32,000 nt of DNA from Mycobacterium leprae TN (GTDB lineage: Bacteria > Actinomycetota > Actinomycetes > Mycobacteriales > Mycobacteriaceae), in assembly GCF_000195855.1 (NCBI RefSeq), contig NC_002677.1:1290001-1322000 (forward strand), read 5' to 3'. Both the position numbers and the translations under genes were made by a program. The notes below the pieces were generated by a model. That model was not told the origin of the DNA. It worked only from the letters and a program-made list of their open reading frames with translations, and did not search any database. Positions within the stretch are counted from its first letter, which is position 1; every line of letters starts with the position of its first letter. Below, in pieces: positions 1-8,889 of this stretch.

Positions 1-1377
1 CCGGATGAATTCTTCGGCGTCGGCCATGTGCAGTGCTTCCCACATTTGGTCGTCAGTGATCACCTGCCCGGGGGTCGCGCCGTAGCGTAGGTTGTCGGCG
101 ACGGTGCCGGAGAACAGGTAGCAACGTTGCGGTACCAGCCCGATTACCGACCAGAGCCGTTCGGCGTTGTAGTTACGGACATCAACCTCGTCGACCAGGA
201 CCGCGCCGGCGGTCACGTCATACAGCCGGCAGATTAGCGCCACCAGCGTCGACTTGCCCGAACCGGTGCTACCGACCACTGCTGTCGTGGTACCCGGCAG
301 CGCAGTAAACGAGATATCTTGTAGCGCTGGATGATTGGTTCCAGGATAGGTGAACGTAACGCCGTCCAGGCGCACCACGCCGGTAACTTTACCGCGCGGG
401 ATGTGAGGGCATGGTGGGTTGCCAACGGCGGGGCGGGTGGACAATACTTCGGTGATTCGTTGTGCACACACCGATGCGCGGGGCAACACCACCAATGCCA
501 TGGTCGCCATCAATACCGCCATCAGGATTTGGGTGAAGTAGGTCAGGAAGGCGGCCAGCGAACCGATTTGCATCTGGCCGCTGTCTATGCGCAGCCCGCC
601 GAACCAGATCAACGCGACACTGGACACATTGATAGTCAGCGCGGTGGTTGGCAGCATCAGCGCTTGCCAGTTACCTGCGTTGAGAGCGGCGTTCGAGAGC
701 GCGATATTGGCCCGCTCAAACCTGTTGCGCTCAAAGGATTCACGGGTGAAAGCCCGGATCACTCTGATGCCGGCCAACTGGTCGCGCATTACGCGATTGA
801 TGTCGTCGATCAAACTTTGCATGCTGCGGAAGAGCGGTAGCATATGCGAAATAATCCAGTAGTTCGTTACCGCCAGGATCGGGACGCTGACCAGCAACAG
901 CCAGGTCAGCGCAGCCTCCTGGTAAATAGCCATGACGATGCCGCCGATGCACATGATCGGTGGGGTCACCAGCACGGTGCCGGATATCTGAACCAAGTAC
1001 TGGATCTGCCGGACATCGTTAGTGGTTCGAGTCAACAATGTCGGGGCCCCGAATCGCGCGGTTTCTCGTTCGGAGAACGTGGTGATGTGATCGAACATCG
1101 CCGAGCGCAGGTCACGACCAAAACTCATTCCGGTCCGCGAGCCGAAATAGACCGCTCCGACCGAGCACAACGCCTGCAATCCGGTGACAGCCAGCATCAC
1201 TATGCCGAGCCTGACGATGATTGCGGTGTTGCCTTTGGAGACGCCGTCGTCGATGATTGCCGCGTTGATCGTCGGGAGGTACAGCGATGCCAGGGTGCTG
1301 ACCAGCTGCAGCACCATTAGCACCGCGACTAGTCGGCGGTACGGTCGGATGTACTGACGCAGCAGTGCCAGGAGCAT
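1..1377 (-). CDS. ABC transporter, fused permease/ATP-binding subunit (first 459 codons; C-terminal end lies beyond the left window edge); Rv1273c-like
   Basis: The reverse frame is open from the window edge up to ATG at 1377 (in-frame alternative ATG at 1395). My translation gives the N-terminus MLLALLRQYIRPYRRLVAVLMVLQLVSTLASLYLPTINAAIIDDGV and a Walker A GSTGSGKST at ~273-247, followed by LVALICRLYDVTAGAVLVDEVDV. It is missing from the ORF track only because it has no stop inside the window. No other listed minus ORF shares its frame. Confidence 0.85.
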   Translation of the reverse strand, partial: MLLALLRQYIRPYRRLVAVLMVLQLVSTLASLYLPTINAAIIDDGVSKGNTAIIVRLGIVMLAVTGLQALCSVGAVYFGSRTGMSFGRDLRSAMFDHITTFSERETARFGAPTLLTRTTNDVRQIQYLVQISGTVLVTPPIMCIGGIVMAIYQEAALTWLLLVSVPILAVTNYWIISHMLPLFRSMQSLIDDINRVMRDQLAGIRVIRAFTRESFERNRFERANIALSNAALNAGNWQALMLPTTALTINVSSVALIWFGGLRIDSGQMQIGSLAAFLTYFTQILMAVLMATMALVVLPRASVCAQRITEVLSTRPAVGNPPCPHIPRGKVTGVVRLDGVTFTYPGTNHPALQDISFTALPGTTTAVVGSTGSGKSTLVALICRLYDVTAGAVLVDEVDVRNYNAERLWSVIGLVPQRCYLFSGTVADNLRYGATPGQVITDDQMWEALHMADAEEFIR

Positions 1378-1562
1378 TTGGTAACTGTCGCACATGACAC
1401 GCGTTCGAGTCGCCACCGCCGCCAGATGGTTCGGTGCTGACGACGCCGTTGCGAAGGAGATGGAAATGCCTGATCAGGTGGTGTGTCGGTGGTTGACTCG
1501 CTGGGCTGACGTTACAGTGCATCCTGTGGACCAGCAGCAGGCTCAGCAAGAGGGCAGCCGCA

Positions 1563-2129
1563 GTGCGATGTGACGTGAGGGCGTTGGCCCTGGCGGCTCG
1601 GGGGTTGATAGAGCTGATGATTGTGATTCCGATGGTTGCGGGGTGCTCCAATGCAGGCTCTAACAAGTCGGTCGGGACGATATCGTCGACGCCTGGGAAT
1701 ACGGAGGGCCATCATGGCCCAATGTTCCCGCGATGCGGGGGTATCAGCGATCAGACGATGTCGCAGCTAACGAAGGTTACCGGGTTGACGAACACCGCCC
1801 GGAATTCGGTGGGTTGCCAGTGGCTGGCCGGTGGCGGTATCGTTGGCCCGCACTTTTCGTTTTCATGGTATCGCGGCAGCCCGATTGGGCGTGAACGCAA
1901 GACCGAGGAGCTGTCACGGGCGAGCGTTGACGATATCAATATCAACGGCCACAGCGGTTTCATAGCGGTCGGAAACGAGCCCAGCTTGGGCGATTCGCTC
2001 TGCGAAGTTGGAATCCAGTTCCAGGATGACTTCATCGAATGGTCGGTCAGTTTCAGCCAAAAGCCATTCCCGTCGCCATGCGGCATCGCTAAGGAACTGA
2101 CTCGCCAGTCGATTGCTAACTCGAAATGA
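1563..2129 (+). CDS. lprB: Lipoprotein LprB (DUF3558-type)
   Basis: 188-aa ORF with a GTG start. It has a signal peptide plus lipobox (PMVAGC|SN). Close match to my recollection of M. tuberculosis LprB (..VGCQWLAGGGI.GPHFSFSWYRGSPIGRERKTEELSRASV..QSIANSK). Confidence 0.85.
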   Translation: MRCDVRALALAARGLIELMIVIPMVAGCSNAGSNKSVGTISSTPGNTEGHHGPMFPRCGGISDQTMSQLTKVTGLTNTARNSVGCQWLAGGGIVGPHFSFSWYRGSPIGRERKTEELSRASVDDININGHSGFIAVGNEPSLGDSLCEVGIQFQDDFIEWSVSFSQKPFPSPCGIAKELTRQSIANSK

Positions 2130-2701
2130 TGGAGCGGATGCGTCTCAGCGTGCGGGGTAGGCGAAGCGTTTTTGCCGGTGTCGCTGTGCTGGTTAGTGCG
2201 GCGCTGGTCGTGACCGGTTGTTCCAGGTCAATTGGAGGTACGGCGGTCAAAGCGGGCTCCCATGACGTCCCACGCAACAATAATTCCCAGCAGCAATACC
2301 CGAACCTACTCAAGGAGTGCGAGGTGCTGACCACCGACATCCTAGCTAAGACGGTGGGTGCTGATTCGCTTGACATTCAGAGTACGTTTGTCGGCGCCAT
2401 CTGCCGATGGCAGGCAGCCAATCCGGCGAGTCTGATCGACATCACCCGGTTTTGGTTCGAACAGGGCAGCCTCGCCAACGAGCGCAAGGTGGCTGACTTC
2501 TTGAAGTACAAGGTTGAGAACCGTTCGATCGCGGGTGTGGATTCGATTGTGATGCGCCCGGATGACCCGAATGGTGCGTGCGGTGTCGCCAGCGATGCGG
2601 CGGGAGTGGTCGGTTGGTGGATCAATCCTCAGGCATCCGGTATTGATGCCTGTGGGCAGGCCATCAAGCTTATGGAGTTAACGCTGGCTACCAACTCCTA
2701 A
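2126..2701 (+). CDS. lprC: Lipoprotein LprC (DUF3558-type, paralogous to LprB)
   Basis: 191-aa ORF. Its ATG overlaps the lprB stop (ATGA at 2126-2129). Lipobox LVVTGC|SRS. Matches remembered LprC (..NNNSQQQYPNLLKECEVLT.DILAKTVGAD.LDIQSTFVGAICRWQAANPA..). Confidence 0.85.
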   Translation: MMERMRLSVRGRRSVFAGVAVLVSAALVVTGCSRSIGGTAVKAGSHDVPRNNNSQQQYPNLLKECEVLTTDILAKTVGADSLDIQSTFVGAICRWQAANPASLIDITRFWFEQGSLANERKVADFLKYKVENRSIAGVDSIVMRPDDPNGACGVASDAAGVVGWWINPQASGIDACGQAIKLMELTLATNS

Positions 2702-2708
2702 ACTAAGT

Positions 2709-3245
2709 TCAGCGCGGTACGTGGAAGGCGACCAGCTCTGCACTCTCTAGTTCGAGGTGTTGCCAGCGACCAGCTACATTGAGCACTGCGATCCCTGACG
2801 TCGGGAATTTCGTCGAAATGCGTTGGGCGGCGTCATTGTTGGTCCCCGAGCCGGTCAGGGCGAGCGCTACGGCAGATATCGTTGGTTCATGGCTGACGAT
2901 GAGTGACGTGGTGACCTCGTCGCTAATCGCCTTGATCTCCTTGATCACTGTGTCTGGGTCGGCCCTGTAGAGTCGCTCGGTGTAGCGTACTGGGGCCTCG
3001 ATGCCGCTGTGTGTCAAGGTCTCCCGGGCGCGCATAGCCGTTGAACACAGCACTTTTTCTATAGCAGGCACGTTGGTGCGAAGCCAACCACCTGCCAGGC
3101 TAGCTTCCCTGACCCCGCGGGGTGCTAGCCTCCGGTCATGGTCGGCTATGTGGTCTGGGAAACCCCGTGGGTACGACGACTTCGCATGCCGCATCAACAC
3201 CAGACAGCGGTATTCGTCCTTCATCCAGCTCACGTTACTCATCAC
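2709..3245 (-). CDS. Histidine phosphatase family protein (SixA / phosphohistidine phosphatase-like; Rv1276c-like)
   Basis: 178-aa ORF with the catalytic RHA/G motif (LVLMRHAKS), DHDRRLAPRG, a C-terminal SHEP motif (LIVSHEPT) and FPTSGIAVL. It converges on lprC with only 7 nt between the stops. Confidence 0.8.
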   Translation of the reverse strand: MMSNVSWMKDEYRCLVLMRHAKSSYPRGFPDHIADHDRRLAPRGVREASLAGGWLRTNVPAIEKVLCSTAMRARETLTHSGIEAPVRYTERLYRADPDTVIKEIKAISDEVTTSLIVSHEPTISAVALALTGSGTNNDAAQRISTKFPTSGIAVLNVAGRWQHLELESAELVAFHVPR

Positions 3246-3289
3246 GGAAGTGGGATTCGCTATGCTGTGTTGTCGTTTCCGTCGTGCAG

Positions 3290-4544
3290 GAGTTTTCGGG
3301 GTGTCAGAAGGTGTTGGTTTTGGGTTGGTCGTGGTCTAAGTGGGGGGTGGGATTCATTGGATTGGGTGTTGCTGTTGGTGTGTTTTCGTGTGGTTCAGCC
3401 GCTGGGTTTGGGAGGTGGTGTTGGGGGCCGCGGCCAAACGGTCAGGTTGTTGATGTTGGTGGTGCGGTAGGTGGTTGTAAGCGGTGATGTGGTGAACTTC
3501 CCAGTAGTAGTAGTAGTCGGGTACGGTGTATCCCGGCGCGGTGCAGTCACGGTCCTTGGCGTACAACAGCGATTCGATGTGCCGGGGGCTAGTCGCTTGG
3601 TGTGGTAGATCGCCAGGGCTTTAGGTCTTTATTGAATGATGGCGGGCCTGCTGTGTCAGGTGTATCACGTTACTCATGGGTAAGCTGCTGCCGCAGCCGG
3701 TGAGTACCTTGTCGGCGGTGTCCTCCAGCTCACTCAGTGTCGTTGTGACGATGATGGATTCCGGTAGCATGTTGTGCTGGAGCAATTTTTCCGACTCCAG
3801 CGGGGCGTGCAACGCGGTATCGATCCCATCATGATTATGATGCGTGGGGTCTCGGGTGTTTTTGTTGATGTCCTGTTTAGCGGTGGTGGCCAGTTTGGGT
3901 AGCACCGCTTCATAAAGTGGTGCGTAATTCGGGGGTGGTCACGCCGCGCAGCGCCGATATGCTGTTGGCTTCTTGCTTGTCCAAGGTTAGTTAGCGTCGC
4001 CGTGCGCGGTCGTTGTTGCTATAGGTGCCATCTGGGTTGAGGCAGTCGGCCAGCTCGGCCAGTTGTTCGGGACGAAAATCGTTGTCTTGCTTGTCCTTAT
4101 TGATTTCAATACCCTACAATGGGTCGTTCTGTCCGCTCAGCCGGGCAGTTGGTGGCACATGGGTGGGATCATCGCGACTTGGATACTGCCGAGCCGTCTG
4201 GCGCGCTGCGCTGTGGCTGTGGTGGCCAGTGCGGGTGTCAGCGCTTCGCCGATGATTGGCGGCCTACCGGATACGTCGGCACGCTTCGGCACCGCTGATC
4301 AGTGTCTACTTGTCGATCGCGTGCGAGAGCGTGCTGTCCAGCTCTTCGGGGGTGGCTTGGTGGGCAATGAAATTGATCAGTGGATGCCGCACTGCGGGCA
4401 ACCGACGGCGCACGCGCTAGCAACGCTCCAACAACGTCAACCGTTCCGGTCTGGTCAACGCGTCGACGTCCAGCGCAGTCGCCCTGTCCAACGCATCAAA
4501 CGCAGCTGTGATCGCTTTCCAGTTAACAACCGCACCGATCTCAT
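3290..4544 (-). pseudogene. REP13E12-family DUF222 / HNH endonuclease pseudogene
   Basis: The reverse-strand translation only reads through by switching frames and crossing stops. Fragments: ITAAFDALD..LDVDALTRPERLTLLE, RRLPAVRHPLINFIAHQATPEELD, FRPEQLAELADCLNPDGTYSNNDRARRR, IIVTTTLSELEDTADKVLTGCGSSLPMSNVIHL, LLYAKDRDCTAPGYTVPDYYYYWEVHHI, PPPHLDHDQPKTNTF.HPE. These are collinear with the M. tuberculosis 13E12-repeat proteins as I remember them. Confidence 0.75.
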
Positions 4545-4762
4545 AGTTGCAAAACTAATGGAGCGCACTGACAGAAAATACCCATAGAAAACTATAGTGA
4601 CACAAGTGATCTCGGTGACTGCAGTGGCTTGTTGCGGTGAATCGCAGCCGCCCGCCGCGCAGAGCACACCCAACCTGCCGGGTGAGGTCCCGCGACTTGC
4701 CAGGGTGGCACCTTAGACTCACGTTGTTTTTACAGCTACGCAAATTGCTCAGGGGAGACGGA

Positions 4763-5914
4763 ATGCGATTCCTGCACACCGCCGACTGGCAGCTCGGCAT
4801 GACTCGGCACTTCCTTGCCGGTGATGCCCAACCGCGGTACTCGGCGGCCCGCCGCGACGCGGTGGCCGGGCTCGGTGCGTTGGCTGCGGAAGTAGGTGCC
4901 GAGTTTGTCGTGGTGGCTGGTGACGTCTTCGAACACAACCAACTCGCGCCGCAGGTGGTCAGCCAATCATTGGAGGCCATACGCGCCATCGGTATTCCGG
5001 TTTACCTGCTGCCAGGCAACCACGATCCGCTGGACGCGTCGTCGGTGTACACCAGCGCGCTGTTTACCGCCGAATGCCCGGATAACATCAATGTGCTTGA
5101 CCGGGCCGGTGTCCATCAGGTTCGGCCCGGACTCGAGATCGTCGCTGCGCCATGGCGGTCCAAGGCCCCGACCACGGACCTGGTCGCCGAGATGTTGGGG
5201 GGATTGACGGCGGACATCGTCACGCGCGTGCTCGTTGCTCACGGCAGTATCGACGTGTTTGACCCGGATCGCGACAAACCCTCCCTGATCCGACTCGCTG
5301 GGATCGACGATGCGCTGGCCGGCGGCGCGGTGCACTACGTGGCCCTAGGAGACAGGCATTCGCTCACCCAGGTCGGCAGCAGTGGTCGGGTGTGGTACTC
5401 CGGCTCCCCGGAAGTCACCAACTTTGACGACATCGAATCCAACTCTGGCCATGTCCTGGTCGTCGAGATCGATGAAAATGACCCGCGCCGCCCCGTCACC
5501 GTGACGGCCCGACATGTCGGTCATTGGCGGTTTTTCACATTGCATTGGCAGGTGGATAACGGCCGGGACATCGCGGATCTTGACATGAATCTAGATCAGA
5601 TGATGGACAAGGACCGCAGTGTGGTAAGGCTCGCCCTGACCGGTTCGCTCACGATAACCGACCGCGCCGTGTTGGATGCTTGCCTGGACAGATATGCACG
5701 GCTATTCGCGTGGCTAGGTCTCTGGGAACGCCGCAGTGACTTAGCGGTGATACCCGCTGACGGCGAATTTACTGACATCGGCATCGGCGGGTTTGCGGCT
5801 GCCGCCGTCGACGAGCTGGTCGCTACCGCACGTGAAGGCGACACTGAATCGGCTATCGATGCCCAGGCGGCGCTGGCACTACTGTTGCGGCTCGCTGATC
5901 GGGGAGTGGCATGA
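4763..5914 (+). CDS. SbcD/Mre11-family metallophosphoesterase (nuclease subunit-like; Rv1277-like)
   Basis: The tracked ORF runs 4637..5914. The likely start is ATG 4763 (MRFLHTADWQLGM), preceded by aggggagacgga as a ribosome-binding site. Calcineurin-type motifs are present: HTADWQ, VVVAGDVFE, LLPGNHD, VLVAHGS, ALGDRHS. Confidence 0.85.
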   Translation: MRFLHTADWQLGMTRHFLAGDAQPRYSAARRDAVAGLGALAAEVGAEFVVVAGDVFEHNQLAPQVVSQSLEAIRAIGIPVYLLPGNHDPLDASSVYTSALFTAECPDNINVLDRAGVHQVRPGLEIVAAPWRSKAPTTDLVAEMLGGLTADIVTRVLVAHGSIDVFDPDRDKPSLIRLAGIDDALAGGAVHYVALGDRHSLTQVGSSGRVWYSGSPEVTNFDDIESNSGHVLVVEIDENDPRRPVTVTARHVGHWRFFTLHWQVDNGRDIADLDMNLDQMMDKDRSVVRLALTGSLTITDRAVLDACLDRYARLFAWLGLWERRSDLAVIPADGEFTDIGIGGFAAAAVDELVATAREGDTESAIDAQAALALLLRLADRGVA

Positions 5915-8532
5915 AGCTGCATCGGCTGGCGTTGACGAATTACCGTGGTACCGCGCGCCGGGAGATTGAGTTTCCCGACCGCGGTGTGATTTTGGTGTGT
6001 GGAGCCAACGAGATTGGCAAGTCATCGATGATCGAAGCGTTAGACCTGTTACTGGAATTTCGGGACCGGTCGACGAAAAAGGAAGTCAAGCAAGTCAAGC
6101 CGGCTAACGCCGATATTGGCTCCGAGGTTTGCGCCGAAATTAGCAGCGGCACTTATCGCTTCGTCTATCGTAAGCGTTTTAATAAAAAATGCGAGACGGC
6201 ATTGACGGTACTGGCACCGCACCGCGAACAACTAACCGGCGACGAAGCGCACGAGCGGGTCCGGGCGATGTTGGCTGAGACGGTCGACAACGATTTGTGG
6301 CATGCCCAACGGGTGCTGCAGGCGGCGTCGACCGCCGCGGTGGATCTGTCTGGCTGTGATGCGCTGTCACGTGCGCTTGACCTCGCCGCAGGTGACCACG
6401 CCGAGTTGTCCGGCACCGAGCCATTGCTTATCGAACGGATCGAAGCCGAGTATCGGCGCTACTTCACTTCGACCGGACGTCCTACCGGGGAGTGGGCTGT
6501 CGCGATTTCCCGACTATCCGACGCTGAGACTGCGGTGGGGGAGTGTGCCGCAGCGGTCGCCGAGGTTGACGACCGGGTGCGTCGTCATGCCGTTCTAACT
6601 GAACGTGTAGCCGGACTGGCGCAACAACGGTTCGCTGCTGGACCTCGGTTGGCCGTTGCTCAGGCCGCTGCCGACAAAGTCGCAGTTCTCACCCGCCAAG
6701 CGCGTGAAGCTGAGCTAGTTGCAGCAGCAGCAACCGCAACGAATGCCGCAGCAGTAGCTGCTCATACTTCGCGGCTGCGGCTGCTCGCCGAAATCGACAC
6801 TCGCGCTGTCGTTCTTGCTGCCACTCAGGACGAAGCTCAAGAAGCCGTCGACGCGGTGTCGACGATGCGTGCTGATGCTGAGGCGTCTGATGCAGCAGTC
6901 GAGGAGTCTACTGAGGCCCTGATGGCTGCCCAACAGCGCGCTGATATCGCCCGGAGCACTGTCGACCAGCTCGTTGACCGTCAGGAGGCGGATCGGTTGA
7001 GCACCCGGCTGGCCAAAATCGACGCCATCCAGGGTGAGCGCGACCTAATCTGCGCCGAGTTATCTGCGGTCACGTTGACCGAGCAGTTATTGCAGCGTAT
7101 TGAAAATGCCGCAGCCATAGTGGATCGCACTGGTGAACAGCTGAAGTTGATCTCGGCGGCGGTGGAATTCACAGCCACCGCTGACATTGAAATCAGCGTT
7201 GGTCAGCAACGAGTGTCTTTGGAGGCAGGACAAAGCTGGTCGACAACAGCCACCGGACCCACCGAAGTCGAGGTTCTCGGTGTTCTGACTGCTTGCGTGA
7301 TACCTGGTGCTACAGCACTCGATGCTCAGTCCAAATACGTTGCAGCACAAGAAGAGCTATCCGTAGCTCTGGCTGACGGTGGTGTCGTTGATCTTGCTGC
7401 AGCGCGATGCGCCAACCAGCGGCGCCGTGAATTGCAAAGTAGCCTTGATCAGTTGAGTGCTGCTCTGGCCGGCGTGTGTGGTGATGATCAGATCGACCAA
7501 TTGCGGGCACGGCTGGAGCAGTTACGTGACGGTTACCCTGGTGAACCTGATCTCTTAGCGGTGGACATCGGTTCTGCCCGTGCCGAACTCGAAGCGGCCG
7601 AGACGGTTCGTGCGGCCGTCGACTTTGAACGCGAGGTTTGTCGTCGTACCGCAGCGGCTGCAAATTGCCGTCTTGTCGAAACATCAGCTCGGGCAAATTT
7701 TTTATTGAAAAAAGCGGAAACTCAACGAGCCGAACTCGATCAGGACATCGACCAGTTGGCCCAGCAGCGGGCGTCAGTCAGCGATGAAGACCTGGCGTCG
7801 GCTGCGGAAGCCGGGCTGCGGGCGGTGCAAATAGCAGAGCAACGGGTCGCCAAGCTGACTGAGGAGTTGGTCGCCGCGGAACCGGAAGCGGTGACCGCCG
7901 AATTGGTGGCTGCCACTGCGGCAGCCGAGTCGTTGCGTGATCAACACGAAGATGCTGCTGGCGCATTGCGTGAGATCAGCATCGAACTCTCGGTCTTCGG
8001 TACTGAGGGGAGGCAAGGCAAGCTCGACACCGCCGAGGCGGAGCGTGAACACGCGATCAGCCAGCACACGCAGATCGGCCGTCGAGCGCGGGCCGCACAG
8101 TTGCTGCGTTCGGTAATGGCACGCCACCGTGACACCACACGGCTGCGTTACGTCGAGCCTTACCGCACAGAATTGCAACGGCTGGGCCGACCGGTGTTTG
8201 GGCCCACTTTCGAGGTCGACATCGACAGTGACTTGCGGATCCGCAGCCGCACCCTTGACGGCATTACGGTGCCTTTCGAGTCCCTGTCAGGCGGCGCCAA
8301 AGAGCAACTCGGCATCCTGGCGCGGTTCGCCGGCGCCACCTTAGTTGCCAAGGAAGATAACGTTCCGGTGGTGGTCGACGATGCGCTGGGATTCACCGAT
8401 CCGGACCGGTTGGCCAAGATGGGGGAGATGTTTGACACCGTGGGTGCACACGGACAGGTGATCGTGCTGACATGTAGTCCCGACCGATACGATGGCTTCA
8501 CGGGAGCGCACCGTATCGATCTCAACGTTTAA
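5911..8532 (+). CDS. SbcC/Rad50/SMC-like AAA ATPase with a long coiled-coil insert (Rv1278-like)
   Basis: 873-aa ORF. Its ATG overlaps the upstream stop (ATGA at 5911-5914). Walker A is GANEIGKSS near the N-terminus. A ~600-aa Ala/Glu/Leu/Arg-rich middle follows. The C-terminus carries the signature SLSGGAKEQL and Walker B VPVVVDDALGFTD. Confidence 0.85.
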   Translation: MKLHRLALTNYRGTARREIEFPDRGVILVCGANEIGKSSMIEALDLLLEFRDRSTKKEVKQVKPANADIGSEVCAEISSGTYRFVYRKRFNKKCETALTVLAPHREQLTGDEAHERVRAMLAETVDNDLWHAQRVLQAASTAAVDLSGCDALSRALDLAAGDHAELSGTEPLLIERIEAEYRRYFTSTGRPTGEWAVAISRLSDAETAVGECAAAVAEVDDRVRRHAVLTERVAGLAQQRFAAGPRLAVAQAAADKVAVLTRQAREAELVAAAATATNAAAVAAHTSRLRLLAEIDTRAVVLAATQDEAQEAVDAVSTMRADAEASDAAVEESTEALMAAQQRADIARSTVDQLVDRQEADRLSTRLAKIDAIQGERDLICAELSAVTLTEQLLQRIENAAAIVDRTGEQLKLISAAVEFTATADIEISVGQQRVSLEAGQSWSTTATGPTEVEVLGVLTACVIPGATALDAQSKYVAAQEELSVALADGGVVDLAAARCANQRRRELQSSLDQLSAALAGVCGDDQIDQLRARLEQLRDGYPGEPDLLAVDIGSARAELEAAETVRAAVDFEREVCRRTAAAANCRLVETSARANFLLKKAETQRAELDQDIDQLAQQRASVSDEDLASAAEAGLRAVQIAEQRVAKLTEELVAAEPEAVTAELVAATAAAESLRDQHEDAAGALREISIELSVFGTEGRQGKLDTAEAEREHAISQHTQIGRRARAAQLLRSVMARHRDTTRLRYVEPYRTELQRLGRPVFGPTFEVDIDSDLRIRSRTLDGITVPFESLSGGAKEQLGILARFAGATLVAKEDNVPVVVDDALGFTDPDRLAKMGEMFDTVGAHGQVIVLTCSPDRYDGFTGAHRIDLNV

Positions 8533-8665
8533 CTGTTCAGCACCGCTCCGCTCAGCTTACCTCTGCTCAGAAGATGGTGGACGATCTCTGCAGAATAGGA
8601 CCAATGGTGGTCCGACCTCGATAAGGATGAACGCCAAGCGCCGGATGCGCGAAAAGCTAGCAGGA

Positions 8666-8707
8666 CTGCCCGGCGAGATCGGTGCGTCGGCCGATCTCGT
8701 CGGGCAG
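8666..8707 (+). terminator. Candidate stem-loop terminator downstream of the SbcC-like gene (no U-tract)
   Basis: ctgcccggcgagatcgg (8666-8682), loop tgcgtcgg, ccgatctcgtcgggcag (8691-8707). This is a 17-bp stem with one G:U pair, 134 nt after the stop at 8532. Confidence 0.3.
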
Positions 8708-8889
8708 TGCCGAAGGGTTTGATCTGCACTACGTGCGCACCAGCTGCAAGTTTGCGTACCCGCTGGTAATCATCCCGGGAGGGGCGTATACAAAGGGACA
8801 AAGGGCAGTGGTGTCGGGACGCCGCTGTCGGTATCGATGTCATCATGATCGAACCACCGTGGGTGTAGGGATGTTACGCCACGACGACT

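Noticed and set aside
3300-3480. The G+T-rich tract, considered as a G-quadruplex or tandem repeat
   Set aside because: I could not find four G3+ runs with short loops or a regular repeat unit. The skew is explained by the C/A-rich (Pro/Thr/His/Asn/Gln codon) degenerate C-terminal tail of the minus-strand HNH pseudogene.
4591-4600. A shared 10-mer TATAGTGACA at 4593-4602 and 15143-15152 (plus TATAGCGACA at 15268-15277), considered as a regulatory motif
   Set aside because: A repeated 10-mer is expected many times by chance in 32 kb on two strands. The copies have inconsistent orientation and distance relative to their genes. They may simply be -10-like (TATAGT) hexamers.
4637-4762. The 42-codon 5' extension of the SbcD-like ORF
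   Set aside because: Its composition is Arg/Pro/Leu-rich and non-homologous. MRFLHTADW is the typical family N-terminus and has a good Shine-Dalgarno sequence (aggggag) 6-12 nt upstream.
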